Source of the DNA: Epiperipatus broadwayi
Lineage: Eukaryota; Animalia; Onychophora
Length of the DNA stretch: 64,000 bases
Assembly (NCBI GenBank): GCA_028023455.1
Contig: JAQFVV010000004.1
Span: forward strand, 4,960,001 to 5,024,000
Direction of reading: 5' to 3'
A program made the translations under genes and the position numbers. The notes under the pieces were generated by a model that did not search any database, had not been told where the DNA came from, and was given only the letters and a program-made list of their open reading frames with translations. Below, piece after piece: positions 1-13,240 of the stretch (positions are counted from its first letter, which is position 1; every line of letters starts with the position of its first letter).

Positions 1-1643
1 CAATTTTCACATATGTAAGTACTTATGTCCGACTTACAACTGATATGTAATTTTACGGTTGTAAACCAAAGTAATTACACTTTTGGTTTAAAAGTGGAGC
101 AACCAATTTCTATTACTAGAGGGCATCAAAATCACCTTTTAGTTGATTGTTTGTCTGGTTACATTAAACATGAAATTTATCTAGAAAAATACATGGAAAA
201 AAATCTTGTTAAATATACAATAATTACATTTTAAAGTCTGTGAAAATCTTTTATTTAAATATATATATATATACGCACAATTCAAGTATATTTGTAATGA
301 AAAATTATTTATTTAATTTCTATCACTTTTAAATTATTAAAAAGTATATCACTTTATATATTAATATATTTTCTGTTTAGTAGCAACAAAAGGACCAGGA
401 AGTAATGATTCAATAACATAATTTCCATATCCTTAAAGTACCATAGACTAATGAAAATTTAAATTAATATTAAACCAGAATTTCATAATTTTTTTCCACC
501 TGAATGCAAAGTTTTTTGCCCCCCCCTAAATTATTTTGAAAATCTATCACGCAAAAAATATGGAAACATATAAAATAAAAATTAAAAAATTAGACATTTA
601 CAATTCCAATGCTTAAAAATTTATTGTTTTTGCTTTCATATATGAAATTTTTTTTACAATATTTTCCAAATATGGTTGAACATAAAATATTTTTATTAAT
701 TTTAATTTAGAGAAATATCTCTTCCTTTAAATAATTGTTAACGGCTTTGCTAGATATGGCTATTGTTAAATTTAGAAACCATGTTTAAATGTGACAAAAG
801 TCAAATAATCTCATAATTTCTAACTGTTAAAGTGAGAAAATTAAAATGTTATTTTATTTGATAACATGGGGAAAAACTTTATGCATAAAGTGTTACGCAG
901 TCTGTGTTATTACTGCAGCAAGTGTTAATGCTGTCAGAAGGTTTATTAATGTTTAAACAATGAATTAGTTTATTCGTAATGAATATTGTCATCATAAGCA
1001 ATTTATTATACAGTGAACCCATTTGGACAAGGTAATAAGATAATATTAAATAGTAAAATAATTTTATTATTTTTATGGTCCTATAAATTTTCTGTCCTCT
1101 AAATTGGGCTGCCTGATTGCTTTGCACATTTTGCACCTATTATATTAAACAATTGTATTAACTATTAATTTTAATGACTATACACATTTGCTATGTGATT
1201 CATAATATGGTGCATTCACCTTCTATGCTCTATAACCTGAGTTTGAATCCAGACTGCTAAACTTGAAAGTAATTTCAGGTTATTTTCAATCTTACTATTT
1301 TTATGGGGATATCCCTTAATTAATTCTACCATCCAAATATTAATCAAAAAATACGTACCTAGCTATTTTTAGCAAAAGAGTAAAAAGCCATGACCAGTGG
1401 TGAGTGATACCTTCTCTTTCACTGGTTCCTCTTCCAGAGATCATGGTTATGATGGTATATATAAAGGCTGCTTTATCCTTATATTTATCACATGAAACAT
1501 TTATGTTTAATCTCATACAGCATCTTTATAATCAAAAAATTAAAATGTTAGCAATTAGCATATTTTTTACATTGTTTTCTTATGGTAATATTAATGCCAG
1601 CTTTAAAAAAAAAAGGATTAGTGATTAAAGTTAGTTTCCTTGT

Positions 1644-1751
1644 TTTCTTTTTTTTTAATGTGTCATAGCATTGGCCGGGAAATGAACCCGCTAATCCAGG
1701 ACAACTGTTTGTAAGGCAGTCACGCAGATAACTCAACCACCAACACTTGAC
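1644..1751 (-). mobile_element. tRNA-Gly-derived SINE copy (subfamily with extra AGCGGGTT in the T-arm, anticodon TAC), poly-A tail, ~15-bp TSD
   Basis: Minus strand reads GTCAAGTGTTGGTGGTTGAGTTATCTGCGTGACTGCCTTACAAACAGTTGTCCTGGATTAGCGGGTTCATTTCCCGGCCAATGCTATGACAC-A-rich, colinear with the eukaryotic tRNA-Gly(TCC) type GCGTTGGTGG...CTGCCTTCCAAGCAGTTGACCCGGGTTCGATTCCCGGCCAACGC. Flanked by AGTTTCC(T)TGTTTTCT on both sides (1633-1648 and 1752-1766). Confidence 0.85.
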
Positions 1752-2013
1752 AGTTTCCTGTTTTCTTGTTTTATGATTTCTATTTTAGGAAAAAGAAAAA
1801 GAAAAAATGAATTACTAAAACAATTAATCAATTTTCTTTTGGAGTCCAAAATAATAAACTTAGAAAAATAATAGAGAAATGCTATTTTGACAGCAGGATA
1901 TTAATTTATTTTAAATAACTCGGCCTTTCTTTCAATATGTCAACATTTTTGTCTGTGTTTCTGTTAGGATTTCCACATTTTTGAATCCTTAACAATGAAA
2001 AAAATAGGTTTCC

Positions 2014-2078
2014 CTTTAGAACTCAAACTCACGTACTTAGGTTTCCCAGGAAAAATCCTTAGCAACTGAGCTAATGGA
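2014..2078 (-). repeat. Degenerate tRNA-like/SINE relic of a different family
   Basis: Minus strand ATTAGCTCAGTTGCTAAGG...GTGAGTTTGAGTTCT resembles an A-box (TAGCTCAGTTGG) and a B-box; no good cloverleaf. Confidence 0.35.
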
Positions 2079-2530
2079 AATATTACTTTTGAAGAGCAAA
2101 ATTTTGTTAACATTGTCATTTAATTCATACTTAAAAATAAACATTTTCTATTAATATCTGAATTATTATTCTAAAATAATTAATATTTCATAAATATTTT
2201 GTGAAAAAAATAAAAAATTGTGTAAAAAAAGATTAGAGAATTAATTAACAAGCTAATACATAAATATTTTTATAAAGTAGACCATCATATGATATTTAAA
2301 TTTAGTATTCATTTGCTAGTGATTGTATTTTTTATTTTCATACCTTATTATTAAATTACAATTTTTGTCAGATTTTTTTTTTTAGTTTTGACCATGTTTT
2401 AAAATAATATATAACTAAAAAGAAGAAAAATAATATGTAAAAAAAACTTTTTAAATAATGCTTTTATATAAATAGCTGACTAAAAAGTAGAAAATAACAG
2501 AATAATCAATAAAGTAATCTATCTCTGCCC

Positions 2531-2623
2531 ATCAAGCGTTGTTGGTCTAGCAGTTAGCATAGTTGCCTTCCAAGCAGTTGTCCCAGGATTGCTTCCTAGT
2601 CAACACTTTGACATATTAAAAAA
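2531..2623 (+). mobile_element. tRNA-Gly(TCC)-derived SINE / tRNA pseudogene
   Basis: ATCAAGCGTTGTTGGTCTAGCAGTTAGCATAGTTGCCTTCCAAGCAGTTGTCCCAGGATTGCTTCCTAGTCAACACTTTGACA plus A-run; keeps the TCC anticodon, with decayed T-arm. Confidence 0.8.
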
Positions 2624-3108
2624 GGTAATTTGCCATTCTTGGAAAATATCAGAGATCTTAAGAATCTAGACTTGTTATGAATAATTGGAAATTGCAGGAA
2701 TATTATGATTTTATAAAAACATTTGAGATTCAAATAAATCATTAAAATAATAAAACTACTTTGAAATAATTACTCTAATATATTTATACATTTATTTCAC
2801 AGAGGGCAGTGCTGAATTTTTTAACTATATGGAGTGATTTAATATTTGGATATTTATTTCAGTTTAGTGTTAAGATCTGGGATTATATAAATATAACTGT
2901 ATCAGTAATGTAAGTTGCATTGTCATTAGTGTGACAGTCATAATTTTTTTTCAAATAGACTGAAATTATCAAACATTAACCCTCTTGCATTCTGTTAGTA
3001 TTCTGATAGATTTCTTTGTTTTCATTAGATTTAAGCTTTCAACTTTCATTTTGATATTAAACCATTATTATTTATCAGAATATAATAAATTTGACCTCAT
3101 TCAATATA

Positions 3109-4230
3109 CACCTCGGTCTCATTTTACACAGTAGATAGGTTCCTCAGAAAACACGCACAAAAGAAATCGCACAAAAATAGATGTAACTTACCTTGAAAAT
3201 GGAGGATATGGACTATGATTTTTCAAAAATCGCATAAAAGCAAAGCACCAATGTAAAATTATTTTAAAATTTGCGCAAAAAAAAATAAGGAAATAAAATA
3301 TGACTAATAAAAAATTTCAAATTAAAAAAAAATTGATACAAGACAAACTTTTTTTAACTATAATATTTAATTTTATTCAAAACAATATATTTTTATGCAT
3401 AATACGTAATTTACATTTTTTATACACATTTTAATTATTATCGCTATTTGCCAATAAACAGGTTCGTTTGCAAACTGGTAAAAAATTAGATTCTTCACAA
3501 GAGGAAATACAACTAGCGCCAACTTTACTCTCATGTTGTGTTAATGGTTTTCTGGTGACAACGTAATTAGTAATTAATCTAATAACTAAAAATTAAATTC
3601 TTATTTTTGGCTTTAATTTTTTAATTTTCAATTCCGTTTAAAAATCAAATTTTGTTTCACATCACATTAATTTCAGATTGCCTTACGTAATTTTTAAATT
3701 GTTAATTGCAATTAAAAATCAGACTTTAATTTTTAATTGTCAAATTTAATTGTGCCCACTGCTATTACTCACCTTTTAAAAATAAACTTGCGGACACTAA
3801 ATTATTAATAATTGATTATGTTCTTTTTTAAAAAGCAAAAACAGAATGTGATTTAAAATGCAAAATTAACACGCACAATGTTTGAACAAATTTACATTAT
3901 AATCTTGTAAAATTTAATGTGTGTACATAAAATGTGGAAATCATGATTTTAATTTCATTATTGCATAAAATCTTACTATTATAAAGCACTGAAAATATTG
4001 AAATTATTAAGATGAAAGTCGAATTCCAATAATGTGCTATTACTTTAAATATGACGTAAGTGCGTGAAATTTATTACTTAAAGTAGTAGCGCATTATCGG
4101 AGTTCGACTTCTGATCTAATGCAGTGTTAACACATAAAAGAAAACTGCATACAAAAATATTAAGAAGAAACATGAATTGCATAACTTCAAAATCGCATTA
4201 AATAAATCCGCATAAAACGAGACCCAGGTG
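3109..4230. mobile_element. Non-autonomous pogo/Tigger-type (Tc1/mariner superfamily) DNA transposon
   Basis: Terminal inverted repeats CACCTCGGTCTCATTTTA (3109-) and TAAAACGAGACCCAGGTG (-4230), TA on both sides, subterminal AAATCGCA(T/C)A motifs at both ends, no ORF. Confidence 0.75.
4016..4110. repeat. Small fold-back (33-bp imperfect inverted repeats) nested in the Tigger-like element
   Basis: AAGTCGAATTCCAATAATGTGCTATTACTTTAA ... TTAAAGTAGTAGCGCATTATCGGAGTTCGACTT; arms differ at 4 positions. Confidence 0.75.
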
Positions 4231-6729
4231 TATACTTTTGTTTAAAAATGAAATAAAATTTAAAAAATCACATTTCATTTTCAGAATTCTTTTAAAAATT
4301 AGATTTTAATCAAAACAAAATGCTGTCACATCACAAATTTCAGGTGGAGCTGATACAATTTGCAAAATGAATGAAATTTTTTTTGTTTGATGTTTGTTTT
4401 AAAAATCTGAATGAATTATTTTAATAACTACTAAACCTATCAATTTATGCTTTAAAAGTTAAATTTTTATGATATCACTAAATATAATAATCTGCTGAGT
4501 AACCTCATTTATAGACAGCTGTGTTTTCCATAACCATAATCTCTATAGAAACAGTATTCAGAAAAATATATTCTTTTATATTTAAAAATAAAACATTTCT
4601 ATAAAAAATTAATATGTAATAATATTTATTTTTGATTTCTAATAATTATTACACAATTACAATACAAATATAATTATAAACCCTCCAAAAAATCAAGTTT
4701 TTAGACCATCGTAATATTTTCTCAAAGTAATCTTGCAAAGTTTGAGATTGTGAAATATATAAAGGATACCCATCATTGCAGAGCTTGAGTACTTTGAAGA
4801 AATGCATATTTGATTTTCCTGCCATCTTTTGATTTTTTTTGTATTTAAAATATTAGAAAATAAATATATATGAATTTTAAAACCATAAAAAAAGCTTCAT
4901 AAAATTTTCAACAGAGGACAAAAAATGCACATTTAATTTTTAGAAATCTCAGATGTAGCTCCAATGTCTCACCATAAGATCCAGTTAAAAGATTAAAAAT
5001 ATTAACATTTAAAGAAAAATAAGTTTCATTACCATATCAGAATAATTTAAAATTAACAATTATTTTTGTAGATATTAAAATTCTATACAAGCTTATTATT
5101 ATTGTTAATACTATTTTGCATTTGAAAGCTAATAATAAATCCTTGTTAATGGTGTTTAATTTAGTCTTATGATCTTAAGATTCTTATTCAGTTAAACCAA
5201 TTTTGTTCAAGATATTAACTAAGAAAAGAAAAACAAATCTTAAATTATTGTTGTTTGAAAAGCTACATTGAAAAGTTAAATCAATTGTTTGATTTTGATT
5301 ATTTTATATTAATCGTTGTAAAAAATTTAAAAAGAATAGCACATATTTATATTATTTGGTGAAAAATATTAATATATGTTTAAATTTAAAAAAAAAAAAA
5401 TACAGAGTATATATATACCTTAAATAAATTTTCAGAAAAAAAATACTGTAGCTACTATTCAAAATTTTGATATGTCTTTAAACAAGATAAAATAATTGTA
5501 TTAAAAAAGAAATAGAATTTAGTATTTTTCTAATTAATCTGTCTTGACTATGAGAATAAAAATTAAAAAAGCAATTTATCGAATGAGTCCTTGTATTAAT
5601 TCAAAAAAAGAAAAACTAATAGTTTATTTTTGTCAACCTGTCTTCACATTCTTCTTAATTCCTAAATTCATTTGAAAGTTCTCACAAGAAAGTATTCTAC
5701 AGAATTTTTGGCGCTAATTTAGTATGTGATCTCAGCCATTTTGAATTTCAAAAATGACCAAAAACATCATCGGACACATCTAAGTAATAAAAAAGTATGC
5801 AAAAATGCAAAAATTTAGAACTCAGATTTTTTTATGTCCATTTAACCTCACAGTTTAAAGTTATTTTAGATCGTCAAGTGAAAATATTCTAATTTTAAAA
5901 CATATATACTTATATATAGTCTTTCTCAATTATTAATAGAATTGAGAAAGATGTCACAATCTCTATAATAAATGATATTTACTGGAAAAGTTGGTTTATT
6001 TAATAATATCTTGTAAAGTGTTGTTTTTTCTTCTTTATTTGTCTGTTCAACAAAAAAAAAATTAACAATACAATATTATTATTTGGAAATTATTAGTGTG
6101 ATTATAACAATGATCTGAGAGAGAGAGGTTATATATAATATTAAGTAATGAAAGGAATATTGAAAATGGATAAGAAATGAGTGCCAAAAATCTAATATAA
6201 AAGTATAAAATAAGAAGGGAAAATACATTTTTGAATGGCATTTTAATATATATATATATATTATAATGGTATGGAAAGGGAAGATTAAATATATGTATAG
6301 TAATAAACAATACTATCATCCCACATTTATTAATTGGAAATGGATTTACAATCCATCCCAACTTACTACCTTTTCTAACTCATTACAGATCCATGCTACC
6401 CTTTGCTACCTTGTTACATTAACCTTACAATTCATGAGCTAGTATTATGAATTATAAGACAAATATTTATGTTATGTGGTTAATAAATAAAAAGAACCTG
6501 ATGAACTAATGTTGCAAACCTATCATATCTGTCATTATAAGATATGCATTGCACTCAAAATAAAATAAATGCATAAATGAAACTGATACCAAGAACCATC
6601 ATAACAAATAATAACAATATACATTTTTATTGCAGAACATATATGAATAAAATATAATACAAATTAAATTAATTGCAATTATTATTATTGTTTTTAGGGC
6701 TTTGGCAATTTTATATTGCTAAAGCTATT

Positions 6730-7000
6730 AATGTATGGTGCATCTGAACTTAGTTCAGTCCTATATGGCTATTTAAGTTAGATATTTGGATTTGAAGACA
6801 TGTGGATGTCTGAAAATTTCAGATTTTTTACTTAATAGTTAAACATTAGCTCAAGTGGTGGGCTTGACCTGGTATTTTAAATCTAATGCTTGAATATCAT
6901 AGAGCTTCACTGATGATTGCCAAAAGCATGAAACCAATCTGATGATAGGGATATTCTGAAAAGCTTGTTAAGAGCTATTGGCATGTTCATTATATAACAT
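6730..7000 (+). mobile_element. Old HHR family-B copy with decayed hammerhead (6905-6945)
   Basis: Colinear with the minus strand of 22218-22590, including the CTGAAC-NNN-GTTCAG hairpin; TTCA-CTGATGA-TTGCCAAAAGCAT-GAAAC-CAATC-TGA. Confidence 0.55.
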
Positions 7001-9447
7001 TTATAAAATTAAATTGACAATAAAACAATAATTAAAAAAATAATAATAAATAAATACCTGATGTGTACAACAGTCTATACTTTTATTTTGATTTATTCTA
7101 AAATTGACTGTTTTTTCTTGTAATTATACTCCTAAATTGTTTGTATAAATAAATATCATTGAAAATTATTTAGATAAGCTAGAAATAAATCTATGATCCC
7201 ACAGTATATTTATTGCATGCACACATTTAAAATAAACTTTACATATTTGTAAAACAATATCTGCATTATTTTGACCATGCATACCAATTACTGTCATTCT
7301 GTGTATTTGCTTAACATCTATAATTTATGTTATTTTGTTAGTATTACAATCATGAACGTGTCAGAAATTTTATATCAACCTAACATTAATAATCAATAAA
7401 ACCTCTTAGCAATTATAGAGATGATTATACCTCTTCACCAAAGTATATAAAAGAACGTAAAAATATCTGCTCGGTTGCACAAATAAAGTCTATTTAATGT
7501 GGTACAAAAACTGATTCTTATGAGTATATATTTATTTATCTATACTTATTTTAAAAGATTATAAACAATATCCAATCGCAAAATTATGAATGGGTTTAGT
7601 TATTTTTTTAAAATTATTTGTTTTGAAAACTCGTAATTATACAAATGTGTGCGTATAAGATAATCAATGAAAACATTTTCCCATCAATATTTTTTAATAT
7701 ATATATCATTCTTTAAATTGAATGCAGTTTTTTCTTTTGTTAAAAATAAAAAATAAAAGTTAATAATTATTAAACAAATAAAACAAAGAAATTACTAATA
7801 AAACAATATTACCATTTGGATCTTTAGTTTGAAAATAAAATGAACTTTGAAATCGTTGATTGTTATTGATATTGGGATTGTCTAAGTGTTGACTGGTTTT
7901 AATGATTATTTACAAACCCATTTGCCTTGAATATTATTACACGTATTATTTTTATTTAATGTACATATCCACAGAATTAAGTCAGCCAAAGAGCATTAAA
8001 GGGAATATTTTTTATGATGGTTCTAGAGAATTGATTGAAATCAAGATCAAATCTTTATTTGCAGTTTTTAGTGTACATTTTGAACAAATGAAATAGTCGT
8101 GAAAACTTTAATGCTTGGACTTAAAAAATTTTAAGCTGAAAATTTTATGATTTTTATAACATTGTTATTTGATGTATAATTTGGAGAGCAGGTTATTTTG
8201 GGAGATAATTTTATGCAAGAATTTAAGATCTCTTGTGCTTTTCATCTCAGTATTAGCAGGTTAGACTGATTATTATTTAAGTTAATGAACTTAGAAAATT
8301 TGTCAAAAACATTAAATTTGAATATTTACCTTGAAATGTGGATTCCACTTAACAGATCTGTATTCCATAGGAAGTACCAAAGATATAAAAAGTTTGAGTT
8401 TTGTTGACTTATAAATTTTTTCCCCATATTTATAAAACTGGTAATCTTAAGAGTTTTGTTCATTAAAATTCATATAATAATGGAAGAAATTATTACTGGA
8501 AAACATTTATAGATCTCTTTAATGGTCATTTGATATGATTTTTACAGCCACAAGTATAATATGAAAATACCAAAATTTTGATTTTCCAGAAAAGAAACAA
8601 CAGAGCATTTATTCTTATTAACAGTTATTTTATTACACTATTTCAAAAAATTATTTATATTCCTTTAAAGTAAAATACAGCCGTTAACAAAATAAATGTG
8701 TGAAAATTTTGAAATCATCATAATAACATAGAAGATGTGACAATTCAAACTATATAAGTATATTAGTTCATTAATATAGGTGGGATTCCATCTTTATTGT
8801 TAAAAGATGGTTGCCTTGACAACAGTTTGAAATTGTTGATTATTATTGATATTGGGATTGTCTAAGTGTTGTCTTATTTTTAATGATTAAATAAAAAATA
8901 TAAAATTTTAAATAATTGAAAATTATTATTATTATCGTCATCATCATCACCTAATTATTGTTGATTTGTTGTTGGGTTGTTATTATAGAATAATAACTAA
9001 TGTGTGGATTATCAAATTTACAATGACATTGTTAGGTATAATTATATGTATCCAGTGATTATAACTTTTATCTGCTTCTAATCTATAATGTGTTATTTTC
9101 CTTTTTCTAACAATCTTGTTAAAAAAATGATCTGAAATTCTTTTTCTTTAATGTTAATTATTTTATTTCTATTTGGCATTGCTTTTATTCTATTTATTTT
9201 AATTGCTTTTTTTTTAAATCTTGCCAGTTGTAAGCAGCAATATAAGAAGGTGTTGCAATGTCTTATTCACAGTTGTGTCAACAATAAAATATTTCACACT
9301 ATTTAATAAATCAATATATCTTGCTGCCTACTAATATACTGTATTGACTTTTATTCATTTAAAGATACATTTTTTATAATAAAATTAAATTATATAATAA
9401 AGATAAAATATTAAATGCTTTATATAACTTAACATACCACAGAAAAC

Positions 9448-9780
9448 AACATCACATGATCACCATTTCATATGCTTACAATGCTGTTAATAAGAGTACC
9501 AAACTCCCCATACAGTAGTGCCACCAAGTGCAAGGCTTCATAATCAAGGGATGCAGGAAGATTTATGCATAAAATCTCGATCTAGTGCCTACTTATCCAA
9601 CATCCCCAGATTAGTTTGTAGCTTGTCTCCTCACTGGTGAAGGACACAAGCTAGAAACTGGTCTGGGATGTTGGATGAGTAGGCCCTAGATAGAGATTTT
9701 ATGCACAAAGCTTTCTGCATCCATTGATTATGAGGATTAGCACTTGGTGGTATACGAAGAGGTTGGTGTTCTTAAAAAAC
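9448..9780. mobile_element. HHR family-B fold-back element (PLE pseudo-LTR derivative); hammerhead at 9629-9668 (+) with A6->G core mutation
   Basis: Arms ~9485-9627 and ~9636-9780 are inverted copies. CCTCA-CTGGTGA-AGGACACAAGCTA-GAAAC-TG-GTC-TGGGA. The terminal AACATCACATGATCAC tail is on one side only. Confidence 0.8.
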
Positions 9781-10371
9781 AATGAAGCTAAAGAATTAGA
9801 ATAATTATCATAAAGTAAAAAAATAAAGAATTGACACCTTTTTTAAATTATTAATTTTAAATTTATTCATAAATTGTAAATTTTATTGTATAAATTTTAA
9901 AATAAGTTTTTTTATTAATAATTTAATTTTTTTTATATAAAATTTCAAATAAAATGATATAAAAACTACTTATTGTTTATTATTGAAAGCAGTTTTGTTG
10001 TTATTGCTGTTTAAAATTTTTTGAATATTTTGTTACTTCATTTAAAGTTTTTCTTCTTAACGAAATAAATGTTAGATTATGTAATAATTTGGTTTTCAAT
10101 TATTTATTGAAAAATGGTAGAGCAAATATACTTATTAACAGAATTTCACTAACTTAAACACATGGGCAAATATATATAAATGCATGCAAAAACATATACA
10201 CTGCATATATTTTATATGCCCAATATCTTTTATAAATTAATATTTAAAAATTATGATTAATATCCTGCTGATAAAATTAATTTTATTCTTATAATTGAAA
10301 CTAATTCTACTTTCTAAAAAATAAATTCAAAATAATTTACTGAGACAATTTATTTAGATATAATGTAATAT

Positions 10372-10760
10372 TAGGGTATGAGCACAGACTTTCACACGAC
10401 CCACCACTCTCCACTCCATCTAATAACACTGATACACTTAAACATACATATGTTGAAAAGATAAATAATCACCAATATACATATTTCATGCTAAACCAGC
10501 AATCATCAGTTGGTCCAGATTATCATCTCTACACATATATACTATAAGTGCTCAGATATATATTAAGATAGACAATCCTCATACTTTAATGGACAGGCTT
10601 CAATCTACTCCACACTCCAACTCTTCAACTGTCCATCCAATTGAAAATCTGATGACGGAATGCTCAAAGGCCACCCTGAGGCCGAGATTATTGTCACACC
10701 CATGTTGACCTAAGGTCAATCTGAATCCCACATGTACAGGACATAATCCATTAAATACAT
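10372..10760 (-). mobile_element. HHR family-A1 element, ~390 bp
   Basis: Colinear with 55096-55482 and, inverted, with 41340-41658. Confidence 0.8.
10471..10515 (-). ncRNA. Minimal type I hammerhead ribozyme motif (family A1), core intact
   Basis: Minus strand ACCAA-CTGATGA-TTGCTG-GTT-TAGCAT-GAAA-TATGTA-TA/TTGGT: 5-bp stem I, complete core, AUA cleavage triplet; U-U mismatch at the base of stem II. Confidence 0.7.
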
Positions 10761-13064
10761 ATGCAAGGATAATGTAAAAATGTAATTATTAATTTTGAGC
10801 ATACTATGAAAGTATCAATTCATGTAAGCATTCTCACATATGAATCTTGTGGTCTTTTTTTCTATGCTAATAGATTTTTACAAAACTATATAACTGTTTT
10901 GGGAAAATGTTTACTAAAAAAACTTAAGTTGTATCACCATTGTGAAAATGCCATTTAAAATAGAAATTATCTATAACATAAAGTAACACATACATGCATA
11001 GTGTGTGTCATTGCTATATTCATTCAAAGACAAATCTCTTCTCATGGATCTCCAAACATGATGAAATATTCCCAAGAATAACATTGATATGCTATGTTTA
11101 AAATGTTATGAGTGAATTAGTTAGAAAAATCCATTTGTTGAATACAAGGACTCAACATTGTTTTGACAACTCCTAAATAAGTAATCCCAGATCTTATTCA
11201 AAATTCTTCTTGCATTAGTTAACATTTCTCAGTAGCTTCAATAATATAAATTATGTATATTGTAATATACAGGAAGTCTCCATTGATCATGATTAAGTAA
11301 TTCTGAAATGAGCATAGCATATGAATTCACAAAGAATGGATGACACTATATAAAGAAGGTTTAATCGAGGCAAATAACAGTAAAACTATATTTTTATTGA
11401 TACATATACAATAATATATTATAACGATCGGGGTTTGGAGATCAACTCAATCTTACCGTATCTACACCACAGAGCGTCACTAGGCTACTTGAACCTAGAA
11501 AATTTAAAGCGTAGGCAGATATGCACTGTTAAGATCTTATTTTACATATATTTTTATTCTGACCATTAGCCCATTGTCACTAGCTCAGGGAGATGCAGAG
11601 ATTTATAAAATATTAATTCTTATCTAATAATATTTCATTTAAAAAATAAATAAAAGCTACTGCCAGTAATTAACACACAAACATTTATTTACGCACATGT
11701 AAATTTTGTATCATTTTAGAATCACTTTTACTTTAAAATTTTCTTTTTATAAAACATTAGAACTTTACTTTAAAATTTAACTTACATTTTAACTTTGATT
11801 TTTTTTCTTTAGAATTTAATTTACATTTAAATTTTTATTTTCTAATTTTGCACAGATGAATTTAATATTTTATTAAAGTGTCGAGTATGAATAGACTACA
11901 TAGGTTGCATTTGAAAAGAAAATATTCTATCTCTTATTTAACCCTAGGCCAAAAGTTCGCAGTTAAACTAACGTCGATCCATCCGATACATCGGTGTATT
12001 CAATGCAGCACAAAATACCATACTGTCAGGAATGTACATCTGAACAGCATGGTTAGAAGACATTGACTCTCATCCAGACAGGAATGCTATTGCAAACTTT
12101 TGGATTACATCATGATGATGATGACCCTTTTGTTGAGGTCCATCTCTCGAGGGATTTCTTTTATTGGCTATTAGTTTCTATTGTTTTTTTCCTCTCCTAT
12201 CTGACCTTTACTTCTACATTTTGGAATGCCCAAGGGTTAGTTTACTTTTACTAATTAAAATAATCATTTCCATTTTATACAATAGAATTAATTAAATTAT
12301 TTTACAAACTTAAAGATATATTTTTATCTCTAAATCTTGTTAAGTTTTTGCTTTTAAAATACTTTTTTTTCTTTAATAAAGTTTTATTTTAATAATATTT
12401 TTCATCTGTGCGATTTTATATATATACGAGTTTAAGATAGAATTAATTTTCAATTTTTATGTCTTAAAAAAAACGGCATATGTGCCCGTTACAATATACT
12501 TGATAGGATTTTTAATAAACGTTTATTTAAAATATATATTATTTATATATTTATTAAGAAATGAAGTTAAAATTTACTTCCAGTTGATATTAAAACAAAA
12601 AATCTGAAAAAGCTCTGGTATCTATTTTAGTAACTAAATGTTACGCAAACATTGATTACTCTTATTTTTCGAGAGAAAAAAAAAGACTGTAAAATTATTC
12701 TTTGATAATAAAAGAGTATTAATATTTGTTTTTGTTAAGTATATGTTTTAAACATGAAAAAATATTTTTAAAAAAATATACAGATAATTTTAATTCACTC
12801 TAAGTTAAGATTTCCTCATCTTTTTTATTTTCTTATTTCTCCACTAGAGGAGCAGTTGTCAATTTTTTAAGTTTTCTCATTAGCAGAAATGTTTTTTTTT
12901 TTTTAAAAAAAAAATGTAATTTTCTTCGTTGTTGCATAACGCATATTACAGTTATCTAATATAAGAGAATAATACTGTTAAAATATTTCTGCATTATACA
13001 TTTACATTATCAAAAATGGGTACAATAATTTAAAATCATTTTGTGATTTTTTTTGCAAGATTAC

Positions 13065-13240
13065 ACATTGTGAAATTGTTGTATTTAATAAGCTTCTGTG
13101 TAATTGTTGAAGAATTTTGTTGCAAAGTTTTAAAATAACACAATTCTGTGCATTGATGAAGATATGGTCAAAAAACTTTACTGTATCAAATATATCCCTA
13201 TGTAAATACAAAAGGGATTAATTTTAAACAACGATTGAAG
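13065..13240 (+). pseudogene. Possible decayed piggyBac transposase fragment
   Basis: 13143-13203 reads ILCIDEDMVKKLYCIKYIPM, resembling the piggyBac first catalytic Asp region (LSIDEsMvxFkGrxxxkqYiPxKP) with a deletion. Confidence 0.4.

Noticed and set aside
6495-6530. CTGATGA matches at 6498, 34698, 43394 and 60313
   Set aside because: No stem II/GAAA/NUH arrangement; some are simply (GAT)n tails.
11425-11470. Possible further hammerhead relic (minus strand TAAGATTGAGTTGATCTCCAAAC)
   Set aside because: Too many core changes to tell from chance.
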